From NCBI GenBank assembly GCA_002269645.1, contig NIVC01000621.1, positions 434,001 to 498,000 of the forward strand: a stretch of DNA of 64,000 nucleotides. The letters run 5' to 3'. Under the pieces are notes generated by a model. The model made no database searches. It saw only the letters and a list, made by a program, of their open reading frames with translations, and was not told the origin of the DNA. How positions within the stretch are numbered: position 1 is the first letter of the stretch; each line of letters starts with the position of its first letter. Made by a program: the position numbers and the translations under genes. This document shows positions 24,101 to 37,500 of this stretch, piece by piece. The DNA comes from Macrostomum lignano. Taxonomy: Eukaryota.

Positions 24101-27100
24101 TAGTTGATTTTGGCACCAAATCTGATACAATAAGTAATTCATTGCAGTTCCTATAATACAGTATACAGTATATACCAGTGCAATAAATATTTTCATTGCT
24201 CACATATTCCTGCCTATTCGAAGGCACAGCAACACGCTGAAATACGCTGCCAGCAGTGTGACCGGCTCCATAGGCACGTTTAGCAGGTATACCCGATGCA
24301 TCGATTGCTCCAGTGCCATTCTCTGAATCATGAATAGCTGCGCCGCGCCTGTTGTGGTGAAAAACATGAATAAATTAACAGTATAAATCCAATATAACCA
24401 GCTATATTTACAATGAAAAGTTTATATGAAATGGGAAAAAATAAATAAGAAATTAGTAAAAAAACATTCAAAATTTAAAAGTAAAACTCAAAACATTAAT
24501 ATTCAAGTCTCTGAAGCTTTAATGTTCAACTTAGTTTATGAAACAATGAAATACGAGTATAAGTCAATGTAAAAATTATAAAAAAAATTAATATATTTAA
24601 AATGCTAAATTCTAATGGAATGATTTATGAATATACTAAAAATGTATAAACTAAAACACAACTTAGGATTTTTTGAAACCCACAATAAGTGACAAAACTA
24701 GATATAAACTCAGAGAGCTTCAGTAACATTTTAAGAAACAGGAGCCAGTGCATACCCTGGCATACTTTAAGTGACAAGTTCACACAACTAGCAAGAGGAA
24801 TTGCTGCCCATTCTGCAAATCCCCAGAGTAAGCACACAAGTACTCAGATATGTATGTAGCCATGGACACAGACACACACACTCATAAAAAGTGTACAGTG
24901 CCTCCTACTTTATTTGTCATTAAGTACACTTCATTATACTTTAGGGGTTAGCCTTCAGATGCTATTAATTACACAATTAGACCCAAGCCAAGTTTCAAAT
25001 TAAGCCCCAAATGACATGAAATTCAGCCAGGACTGCCAGCACATGAAAGCACTTATGCTAGCCTACTTAGCTATGTCTTAATTTTAGTAACTTAAAAAAT
25101 GTACATATACTAACAATATCATGCTTTTATCTGCAAAAAAATGATTTTTAATGTCTAACTGATATTATTAGTTATCAAAAGTCAAAAAGATCAAATTTAC
25201 CTTAATAATATATACATTCACATTGGTAAATTGTATATTATATATTCAAATGTCAATTATTGATTGTTTTAATAGAGCTAGTTCTACACTTTTATTTTTA
25301 TAAATATTTTTTAAAGATATTTTTTTAAATGCATAACATAAAAATTGCTATTAATCAAATTTGTTGCTGTTTCCCAATTGTCTTATAAAAATGTTAATCA
25401 ATTTGTAAAATATGAGGGGTGTCCCAAAAGTTCCTAGAATGTTTGCTCAAGCTTCTTAGTACATTGACCAATTTTTGTTTTGTGTCAAACTAAAGATAAT
25501 TTATCAATGAAAAAACTTGTCCTTTGAATTTCTTTTTTATCTGATTTTGGTTATGAGTTTTACCAAGAAATTTGAATTTGTTTTCTACAGTTGAGGAAGC
25601 AATTTGATATATCTTTTCAAACAGCAAATGATAGTAGAACATGAATATATTTTTATCAAAGTGCATAAATTGTAGATGTCTCAGTTTGTTATTTATTAAT
25701 TACTTTTTCAAGTCATTTTTGCACTTAATGATTTCAAATATTTCTATATACAGGTACAAAAAGTATTGAATTTTTTAGATTGAATAAAAATGCAAGTAAT
25801 TTTAAAGTATTTTTTAAATTTCTATGCATATCAGTACAGATTATTAAGCTTGATTACTGCAGAGAGCAGAGGGAATTACTTATTCACTGCAGTCACTTAT
25901 TCTATCAAGTAATTTAATAATCTTTTATTATGTCTTATATTATATTTTATACCAATACATTATTTTGCTTGTAATTTTTTGTAGTTTTAAAAAAATAAAA
26001 AATGAAAATTTTGATGAAAGTTGAATGACAAGAAAATAATATTTTACAAAAAAAATTAAAATTAAAAAATAAATTTTGATTTTTTGCAATCTTGCAAATG
26101 TTTTGTTAGATTGAATATCATATTTTGTTTTATTTTTTCATTTTTGTTATATGATTGTCTATCAAATTGAGATTGAGACTTGAAAGTCTATGAGACTATG
26201 AGACCTCTAATCATTATTTAGTTATTCTATTTATAATAAAATGCTGCGGGCCACTGCTCTTTTATCAGTGAATCTCTGGATCCTACAAATAAGTAGAACT
26301 AGTAAAGATATTGAATAAAAGTTGGCATACAAGCAACTTTATTCTTGGCATAAATTTCATTCCAGTGTATGCCTACCATGATGATCATGATCTAGACTAT
26401 GGGGAAATACCATTGTATTTGAATTTTGAATATATATCAGTATATGTCACCTTTTGAACTATGGGGTCCCTATTGCATTTGGTATATAATCAAGATACAT
26501 ACAAGGGTCCCTAAAAATTGGTGCATATTCATGCCATATACAAGGCCAAGGGCCCAAGGGGTCCACAGTCCCATAATAATTTCCTACCAAGATTCCATAG
26601 CTGGGAAGGTGGCAGTTTTTGGTTAATTTTCCGGCGCAAATTGGACCTTTCTTTGGCACACATAGCCCATAGTCTGGATCATGTTGTTTACGCCGGAGAT
26701 CTCTGGTGTAAATCTGGTTTGGGATCGGAGGCTGGCGTAAGTGCTTGGCATAAGTATAGGCCAAAATGTGCCTTGGCGTAAGTGCTTGGCGTAAGTACAT
26801 GGCATAAATCAAGTGGCGTAAATGTTGGCACAAATGAGATCATTCACGATTAAATGTATCACTATAGAACATTACACATTTGCGTTAATTATGTTAGTTA
26901 AAGAGCAGCATTAAAACAAAGTTCATTAAAATATTGCAGTTCGTATACATGAGATAGCAGAATATCTATTGTAGGATAGCAAACGTTTTTTAGCTTCAAG
27001 ATGCTTATTTTGATTCTTGATTCAGAATTTGCAACTTGTGAGATTTTTAAACAGTTGCAACTTCTGAATTTAATTAATCACCAATTAATTGTGAATCATC

Positions 27101-27870
27101 TATTCTATTCTATTCTATTCTATCCACAAGAATTGTGAGTGACCTTTTTTGGGTGGTGTAAGTCAGAGGGACCTTTTTTGGTTGGCGTAAGTCTGGCATA
27201 AGTGCCAAAAAATGTTGGATTTTTCCTCCGGCATAAGTCCAGCATGATCCGGACTATGGCACACAGCATACAAGGAAAAATTGAAAATGCTCTGGCGGCG
27301 CACATGGCGCATGGCGCTGAAAAAATATATAGTTACAATTCATTATACTTTGCAAAATACATAGTGTCAGGCCTAATTCCATAATTCGTAAAATAAAATG
27401 TTATACTATCAAAGAGTACTAAATTATGTAAATCATGATATAAAATACATAAATGAAATTCAAATTTGTCTACTGTAAATTCAAATTTGTTTACCAGTGA
27501 ATTATTAATTCACTGGTGCAGCACAAAATCTTTTCTTCACGGCGCACAGCGCACCCGCACAGTGCTCAAAAGCCATCAAAATAGTTCCGGCGCACACTGT
27601 GCCACCTTCCTAACTATGGCCAAGATTTGCCTATTAAGATTTGCCTGATAAGGTATGACTTAAATATTAATAAACAAAGAACACAAAATGAAAAACAAAT
27701 AAGTAAACGGCTCAAATTCTAGAGTTATCAATAATATCTTACTTTCTATCTTGCAGCTTCTTTTTGGATTGACCATGTAACTTTTCTAATGACTCTGTTG
27801 CTTCTTTAAACTTTGATCTTGCATCAGCAAGATTTGACTGAATCTGTTGAAGAAGATTTTCTGACATCAT
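21200..27870 (-). CDS. PNN: Pinin, ~348 aa. Exons 27870-27743, 24348-24204, 22752-22417, 21637-21200
   Basis: The N-terminal coiled coil is LLQQIQSNLADARSKFKEATESLEKLHG. The Pinin/SDK/memA domain reads RNRRMFGVMLGTLKQF...RREVEQRIEE...IRT...LYYRP. Splice phases 2, 0 and 0 are consistent. Confidence 0.88.
21780..22260. repeat. ~28-bp degenerate minisatellite in PNN intron 3
   Basis: Unit GAGGTCAACTGAGGTCAAGAAACAACAA. Confidence 0.9.
22865..24130. repeat. 30-bp minisatellite (~42 copies) in PNN intron 2
   Basis: Unit TCTGATACAATAGTTGATTTTGGCGCCAAA. Confidence 0.97.
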
Positions 27871-28572
27871 TTATTCAAGCAGTATGAACAAAGAATGAAT
27901 ATGTAGGCCTATTAAGAAGAGAATATAAATTTAAGATGTGATGATTGTTGGTTGTTAATGCAATTTATTTGCTATATATAAACAAACAAAAGGTCCAGGA
28001 CGAATTTAATACTCTAAAAAGTATAGCAATTTCGTCTGATGACTTGTCCTACGAGGTGAAAAATAAACTAATTTATTTGCAACAAACGGCACACGTTAGA
28101 AAGAATGAGTAAGAGAAGAACTTGTGCTTTCCAGGAAAATTGCAACTATTTAATAAAAATCAAAAATCAAATTACACCTATATTTGTTAACATTTATAAC
28201 GCAAAGGTTAAACTAAAATCATACACGTACTGCAAAATGTGTAGGTAAATATATGGCAAGATTTTGTTTTTAGAAACAGCCTCATTTTCACAAAAATATC
28301 TGCTTAAAGCTAATAAGTTGAGTATACTTTTATTTAATTTTAGCAACTGGCCGAGAATTCTTGATACGAAGTAAAGCCGCAGCTACTATAGCGTTTGTAA
28401 TCTACTGATTCTATAGTTTTAGTCTTATATTTTTGGACTAAGACAGTCTTGCTGTGTTTTAAATACGGAGCCCTAAGGCTGAAAGAATTTTTAAAACTTA
28501 TCAATTGCTTTTGTTGACAAAACTAGGCCTACAGCATAGGCTAGTGGAATTGAGCCTTGAGGCTTAGCTAAC
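27871..28572. promoter_or_regulatory. Probable bidirectional promoter region between PNN and DNAJC8
   Basis: The divergent ATGs at 27870 (-) and 28573 (+) are 702 bp apart. TSSs and 5' UTR introns were not determined. Confidence 0.55.
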
Positions 28573-31500
28573 ATGGCCGAATCTCAACCAGTTTCTGAGT
28601 CATTTCAGAAGTTTTATGAAGAGGTAAGCAGTTTTTACTTCTATATTAGCCTACCTATTACCTAGCCACTTTTAATTTTGAGTTTTAGGTATGCCTAAGT
28701 GGCCTAGACTAGACCAGATTGCCAATGATGTAGGCCATATTTTCTGAGCATATTGAATAAAAAGTTTTATCATGATCCCCAAAGTTTCATGCACCTAATT
28801 GTTACCATTCTCTCGCTGTCGCATTTTATCTCAACAACGTCTATGACTCAATAAAGCTATAAATTTGAATGCAATAAAGCTATAAAATAAATTTATTTCA
28901 GTTTAAAAAGTAAAAACATAATATAGAAGCACAAATTATCTATGTATAGCCTTCTCTTTAATAAAATTATTTGTTAAAATTTTAATTACAATTGCAACTT
29001 TGAACTCAAATAAAAATAGTAAAAAAGCTTTTGTAATAAGCTATATTTATTAACTTTGAATTTCCTATATTAATTAGTAAATTTTAATGCTGTAATATTT
29101 TCAACAATTTTCTTAATGGTTTTTTTGTTTATTACTTTGTTACTATTGACAATGTATACTTTATAAAGTTTGTTTGCAATAAATACTATATTCAATATAA
29201 GTTTAACATTAAAACAATTAAATGTATACAAATTCCTATAAGGATTGAAAATCACATGGGGAAATCCAAAAATCGGGGGCAAGTTTTATGAAAATTCGTT
29301 TTTTGGCAATTTGAAAGCAATAAAGCTATAAAATAAATTTATTCAAGTTTTTAAAAAGTAAAAAAGTCTATTAAAGCACAAATTATTTTCGTATAGCTTT
29401 ATTTTTAATAAAATGATTTGTTAAAACGGTAAGTTTAATTACGACCTAAAATGAGTCTAATGAAAATGATTGAAAAGCTATAATAATGTATTTTATTAAC
29501 TTTAACTATCTTATAATGTTACACTCTATAATTCTACAACATATTTAACATTATTTTAAGGTTTTATTTGTTTATCACTTTCCTTACTCTTGACAACGTG
29601 TATTTTGTAGAGTTCGTTTGCAATAAATTGTATTCAACGTAAGTTTATTATTTAAACATACAAATTCCCGTAAGGATTGGAAAATTGCATTTTACTCAGC
29701 TTCTACTGAAGCGATTTGGAAAATTCTTTTTTTCCTGCATACACGCCGCGATGATACATGTTTTAGTGTAATTTCATTGTTCTTCGTCGCTTAATAAGCA
29801 TACAGTAAGCATCTGATTTGGAAGCCGGGTAACACATTGGAATTCCCATAAGGATTGGAAAATTGCATTTTACTCAGCTTCTACTGAAGCGATTTGGAAA
29901 ATTCTTTTTTCCTGCATACACGCCGCGATGATACATGTTTTAGTGTAATTTCATTGTTCTTCGTCGCTTAATAAGCATACAGTAAGCATCTGATTTGGAA
30001 GCCGGGTAACACATTGGAATTCCCATAAGGATTGGAAAATTGCATTTTACTCAGCTTCTACTGAAGCGATTTGGAAAATTCTTTTTTTCCTGCATACACG
30101 CCGCGATGATACATGTTTTAGTGTAATTTCATTGTTCTTCGTCGCTTAATAAGCATACAGTAAGCATCTGATTTGGATGCCGGGTTCACATTTTGTGGTA
30201 CCATTTTTTACCCAAAATTTTTAAGTCTAAATATAGGCATATTACAAATACTAATACTATGCAAGTTGATATTTAAATGAAAGAAAACAACTTAAAGATT
30301 ATTTTGCAACAAGGAATTAGCGATATATTTACTTTTAGAAAAAGATGTTTGCTGGCAAACTTTGCACTTTATATTAGTATGAATTTTTGCGAGTTTATAT
30401 GGTTTTAGAAAAACTTTGAAATCCTTAGAAATACTTCATCTTTTTAAATTGAATAAAAAGTAAAACACAGATTACTTTCTGTTTTGTAAGTAGTAAAAAA
30501 ATTAGCCTTCTCTAAGGCCTACAAGTCTTAAAATTAATTGTTTAATAATGAAAAAAAGTGAAACAAAAAATTGCAAATCGGTCAACTCGGACTTTCAAAA
30601 TGCTTTTTTGTGGTTTTTTCTTATTTATTCAACAATATAAAGCATGAAAACAATAGTTTTTATCCAGAACTATTTTCTAAAGACCTATCTATCTTTCAAA
30701 AACCTTTTTTAGATACATTACTTTCCATCGAATGTCCGCAGATTTGTTTTACCGTTTTATCCCACGTTTTTGGATTTCGCCACATTTTACCTAGCTTCTA
30801 TATAATATAAGCAATTCAAAAAATATTTTTTTGTCTGCATACATGCTATGTCCTATGATAAAAATGTTTATGGCAAAATTAAAAAACATGGGATAAAATG
30901 GTGAAACAAATCTGCGGACTTTCAATGGTAGGTAATGTATATAAAAAAGCTTTTTTGAAAGACAGATAAGTCTTTACAAAATACTTTTGGATAAAAAAAC
31001 TATTGTTTTCATGCTTTATATCGCTCAATATATATATAAGGAAAAAACTACAAAAAGCATTTTAAAAGTCTAAGTTGAAATTCAGAATTTTTTGTTTAAC
31101 TTTTTTAATAATAAACAATTAATTTTAAGACTTTTAGATTACAGAGAAGTCTAATTTTTCAATACTTACGAAACAAAAAGTAATCTGTGTTTTACTTTTT
31201 ATTTTATATTTTATGCCAGCAAACATCTTTCTCTAAAAGTAAATATACCACTTATTCCTTGTTGCAAAATTATCTTTAAGTTGTTTTTTTTCATTTAAAT
31301 ATCAACTTGCATAGTATTAGTGTATGTAATATGCCTATATTTAGACTTAAAAATTTCAAGTAAAAATTGCATCACAAAATGTGAACCTGGCATCCAAATC
31401 AAATGTTTCCTGTAGGCTTATGAGGTGACAAAGAACAATAAAATTACACTTAAATATGTATTATTGCGGCATGTACTCGGGAAAAAGGGATTTTCCAAAT

Positions 31501-34500
31501 TGCTTCAATAGAGGCTAAGTAAAAAGTAATTTTCTGATCCTTACGGGAATTTATATGCTTTTAATAAACTTATGGTTAAGACAATATTGCAAACAAACTC
31601 TACAAAATACATGTTGTCAATAGTAACGAAAGTGATAAACAAATAAACCCTTAAAAAGAATGTTAAATATTTTGTAGCATTATCATACATGCGCAACAGT
31701 TGGCTGAGTCGGCCGATCTGGCCGACCGATTTGGCAACCAACCAAGGAAGTCACAAAAATGCCCACCCAAAAAATACCAAAGTCGTAGTACTAAGTAGCT
31801 AACAAGGCATTTTGACTAAATAAGACAGTCATAGTTACTCCTGCCGTTTACCCAAAGTTGCGTTAAGAGTTTTTCTATCATTTTTATTATAGTCATTTTA
31901 GGTCGTAATTAAATGTACCATTTTAACAAATTATTTTATAAAAAATAAGGCCATACATGAATAATTTGTGCTTTTAAAGATCTTTCTAACTTTTTAAAAC
32001 TTAAATCAATTTATTTTATAGCTTTTTTGCTTTTAAATCACCAAAAAATGAATGTTCAAAAAAACTTGCCCCCTATTTTTGGATTTTGCCTTGTGTAATT
32101 TCATTGTTCTTTGTCGCTTAATAAGCATATAGGAAGCATTTGATTTGAAGCCAGGTAACACATAGGAATTCCTATTAGGATTGGAAAATCTCTACCTATA
32201 AAAATCAATTGAATTATATTTAGCTTCTACTAAAGCAATTCAAAAAATTCTTTTTTCTTGCAAAAATACACTTTTTAGTGCAATTGTGTGGCATTTTAAT
32301 GCTTATTAAGCTCAAAAATAACAGTTAAAATAGAAGCTGGACAACATATTTGTAGTATCATTTTTTGACCAAAAATTGCAAATCCTAAATATCAGCCCTT
32401 TAGGACCACTTATACCATACAAGTTGATATTTAAATATAAAAAGACATTCTAAAGTTTTTATTGCAAAAAGATTTGGGCAATATACTTACTTCTGGAGAG
32501 AGATATTTTGTTGCAAAAGTAGCTTGTAGGATTAGTTTAGTCAGTTTTGAAAGTTTGTATGGTTTAGAAAAATTGAAATTTCTCTTGAAATCCTTTTAAA
32601 AAATCAAAAAATAAAACAACACTTAAATGTCCTGTGCATCAAATAAAGCAAAAATCAGTGTCTTTTACAAGCTCACAACTTTATATTTTATTTTTATCTT
32701 AGAAAAAATTGAACAAAAAATTGCAAAAACCTAAACATGGACTTTAAAAAAAATTTCTTTGTGGCTTTTCTTCATGAAATTTAGTTTGGTGAGGCATAAA
32801 AACAACAAATTTATATCAACTCTTTTTAAAGACTTACCTGCCTTTTAAAATGCATTTTTGATACATAGCCTTGCATTGAAAGTTTGGAAATTTGTTATAA
32901 TACCATTATATCCCACATTTTTGGATTTTGCCATATAGAAAACTTGACCTTAAAGACCTTTAGTAGTATACGATATTGTCTAGTACCCTAGTAAGGACTC
33001 TAGTGAGATTTTAAAGTTTAAAAATTTTTTAGGATATTTATCTGATAGTAGACAATAACAGAATTACCAAAAAAGCCTTAGTTATTATTTTGGTTTAGTG
33101 ATAAACAAGTTATAGCATTATTTGTCCAAAAAATAGATAGGAAAAAGACATTACAGACATTACACCCCATAAGCAATGGGGTGGAGCGTGAGCTAAGAGT
33201 ACTGTGAGCAGAGCCATGCCTATTTTTCTCTCTCTCTCCCTTTGTTATGTACTTGGCACTTTTGAAATTCTACCAGACTGTTTTGACCCACCTTTGGACT
33301 GTACAGTTTGTTTTGCTTAAATATATTGGTGCTGAAAATTAAGGTTATTTGAATTTGCCCTGATGACATCTTGTGTTTGACAAAACGCATTGGCTAGAAA
33401 GAAAAATTTTATTTTATGTTTTTGTTGACATTTATTTTGTTAGATTTACCTACTATTTGTTAGACGAGCTACACTTCTACTTTTTGACAAAAATGCAACT
33501 TACATGTAAAAGAAACCCTAAAGCAAAATTAACACAATTTTGGATAAATGGCAAAATTAACTAACTTTATTATTAAAGCTAAATGCTTCATCATCTAATT
33601 AATAGTACATCTATATTCTTTGAGGTGGACATTTTGTCCACATTTTTACCCTTGGTTCACCACAATTTATGATGGCCAGGTTGGCCAGCAGTTGAGCATG
33701 TATGCTTTCTAGCATCTAGACTACTATGCATGTATAATACTAATAAGTCTAATATTCATATATTTTTTAACAAATACAAGTCTAATACATATGAATATAT
33801 TGTGACTACTGCCCTTTTGAATTTTGCCTTTTGATTTTCACCTTTTTAATGTGTTGCCCTTTTGATCTATAGTCTTATTCTAGCATATATGCCTAGACTT
33901 CTAGACTAGATAATATAGTTAGTGCTGCCACAGCTGTGCAAATTTGAATGTTCTGCACAAATGTGCAAATACTGTGCAAGACCCTCAATTTCTGCCCAAA
34001 TCAGACTTTTTGGATTGTTGACAAACTGGCAGTAGCAAAATGTTCAATTCCGCTTCAAATGATAATACATTGATACTTCACTTGTCAGTTATGGCTACTC
34101 TTTGCAACTGAATTTCTTCATTTGTTTCTTCATTTTACTAACAACAATCAGCTTAGGTTTTTACCTGCGCAAAAAAAATAATTTTGTTGTGAGTGGCAGC
34201 ACTGGATGTAGCTAAATTTTGATCAAAAACTTTTGAAAACATATATGCTCATATTAAAAGCTAAATTGATAATTTTATGCAACTTACAAAGAAAATAAAA
34301 AATAAGACAATAAATAAAAATTTCTAAAAAATAGATGCTTTTTGTTTTTGAGAAATTATATTTTAAAAAGGTTGGTATAAAAACAAGCAAAAAACTGAAT
34401 TTTCATTTTGGTATACTCTTGCAATGTCAATGATCTAGAACATTATATGTCAATTTGTCAAATCTGAAAATTCTGTATGCCAACCAAGATTCTCGGTAAG

Positions 34501-37500
34501 GAGCAACAAAAAAATTAAAATTTTCTAGCATAGACCCTATATAGATGGCTTATATATACTTATATATACTACTTATTCCAACATGTGCTAGTATTTTGTT
34601 GGTGTAGGTTGTTTCCTTTAAATGTTAATATGATACAAAAAAACTGCTTTCACCTTTATAAACCTTATCAATGAATTTACAGGTGAAACAAATTGAACAC
34701 CGTGATGCAGTTCTCACCCCTAAGCAGCAAATTGATCGGCTCAATCGGCCTGGCAGTAGTTATTTCAATCTCAATCCATTTGATGTGCTTCAGGTAGATA
34801 CAATTATCTTTCTTAAATGCCTACTTTATCCATAATGGCTAATCCTTCGTCTTAAAATAATAATTTGTTTGATTCTCGAATATTTGGGTATTGCCTTAAG
34901 CTGCAGGGAATTGCAGGGAATCCTCATTAAGCTCCATTAAGGGGATTGCTGAGATGTCAGGCTTATGGGGGATAGCTGAGATGTCAGGCTTATGGGGGGA
35001 TTGCTGAGATGTCAGGCTTATGGGGGGATTGCTGAGATGTCAGGCTTATGGGGGATTGCTGAGATGTCAGGCTTATGGGGGATTGCTGAGATGTCAGGCT
35101 TATGGGGGGATTGCTGAGATGTCAGGCTTATGGGGGATTGCTGAGATGTCAGGCTTATGGGGGGATTGCTAAGGTGTCAAGAATTATGGGGGGATTGCTG
35201 AGATGTCAGGCTTATGGGGGGATTGCTGAGATGTCAGGCTTATGGGGGGATTGCTGAGATGTCAGGCTTATGGGGGATTGCTGAGATGTCAGGCTTATGG
35301 AGGGATTGCTGAGATGTCAAGGCTTGGAGGGATTGCTGAGATGTCAAGACTTGGAGGGATTGCTGAGATGTCAAGGCTTGGAGGGATTGCTGAGATGTCA
35401 AGACTTGGAGGGATTGCTGAGATGTCAAGACTTGGAGGGATTGCTGAGATGTCAAGGCTTGGGGGGATTGCTGAGATGTCAAGGCTTGGAGGGATTGCTG
35501 AGATGTCAAGGCTTGGAGGGATTGCTGAGATGTCAAGACTTGGAGGGATTGCTGAGATGTCAAGGCTTGGAGGGATTGCTGAGATGTCAAGACTTGGGGG
35601 GATTGCTGAGATGTCAAGGCTTGGAGGGATTGCTGAGATGTCAAGACTTGGAGGGATTGCTGAGATGTCAAGACTTGGAGGGATTGCTGAGATGTCAAGA
35701 CTTGGAGGGATTGCTGAGATGTCAAGACTTGGAGGGATTGCTGAGATGTCAAGACTTGGAGGGATTGCTGAGATGTCAAGACTTGGAGGGATTGCTGAGA
35801 TGTCAAGACTTGGAGGGATTGCTAAGATGTCAAGACTTGGAGGGATTGCTGAGATGTCAAGACTTGGAGGGATTGCTGAGATGTCAAGACTTGGAGGGAT
35901 TGCTGAGATGTCAAGACTTGGAGGGATTGCTGAGATGTCAAGACTTGGAGGGATTGCTGAGATGTCAAGGCTTGGAGGGATTGCTGAGATGTCAAGACTT
36001 GGAGGGATTGCTGAGATGTCAAGACTTGGAGGGATTGCTGAGATGTCAAGACTTGGAGGGATTGCTGAGATGTCAAGACTTGGAGGGATTGCTGAGATGT
36101 CAAGACTTGGAGGGATTGCTGAGATGTCAAGACTTGGAGGGATTGCTGAGATGTCAAGACTTGGAGGGATTGCTGAGATGTCAAGGCTTGGAGGGATTGC
36201 TGAGATGTCAAGACTTGAGTCAGAAGCTACATGTAGTTTATTATAAAAATTATTCTGTTGTTTGTTGGCTTCCCAATACATCCCAATACATATGCAAGAC
36301 ATCTTTGTCCCTAATAATGTTTATAAAACTGAAGATTGAAGAATGAATTCTTTTAAGAAAATGTGCCTAGTTATTTGAATGGATTCTAGTTTTAAATAAT
36401 TTTCGTCCTTTGCTTATTGGCCCCCCCGAAGGGGGGGCACTCGATTGCTAGTCCTCACTAAGCTCCTCAAACCCCACCCCTTGAACCAAGGTGGACCCAG
36501 AGACGCCGCTAACCGAGATCAAAAAGAAATACCGCCAAATGTCTCTGCTGGTACATCCGGACAAGAACCCGGGCACCGATAGAGACAGAGCTCAGCGCGC
36601 TTTCGAAGCTTGCAATCGAGCCTTCAAAACTTTGGACACTGACGAAGGATATAAGCGCTGCTTAGAGATTGTTGAGGAGGCCAAACGGAAAGTGGCCGAA
36701 TCTATGGACGAGAAAAGGAAACGGAGGCGAAAGGAGGGATTGGTGAGTAGCCTCAGTAGATGTCACCATCCCTTTTATCTTTCAGTAGATGCCATCACCC
36801 TCTGATATTTCAGTAGAAGCCGCTATCCTCTTTGATCTCTCATTAGATGCCGATGTTCTATTTGATCTTTCAGTAAATGCCGCTATTCTCTTTGATTTTT
36901 CAGTAGATGCCGCTATTATTTTTTATCTGTCATTAGATGCCGCTGTTCTCTTTGATCTTTCAGTAAATGCCGCTATTCTCTTTGATCTTTCAGTATATGC
37001 CGCTATTCTCTTTGATCTTTCAGTAGATGCCGCGATTCTCTTTGATCTTTCAGTAAATGCCGCTATTCTCTTTGATCTTCAGTAGATGCCGCTATTCTCT
37101 TTGATCTTTCAGTAGATGCCGCGATTCTCTTTGATCTTTCAGTAAATGCCGCTATTCTCTTTGATCTTTCAGTAGATGCCGCTATTCTCTTTGATTTTTC
37201 AGTAGATGCCGCTATTCTCTTTGATTTTTCAGTAGATGCAGCTATTCTCTTTGATCTCTCCTTAGATGCCGATATTCTCTTTGATCTTTTATTAGATGCC
37301 GCTATTCTCTTTAATCTTCAGTAGTTGCCACTATTCTCTTTAATCTTTTATTAGATGCCGCTATTCTCTTTGATTTTTCAGTAGACGCCGCTATTCTTTT
37401 TGATCTCTCCTTAGATGCCGATATTCTCTTTAATCTTCAGTAGATGCCACTATTCTCTTTAATCTTTTATTAGATGCCGCTATTCTCTTTGATTTTTCAG

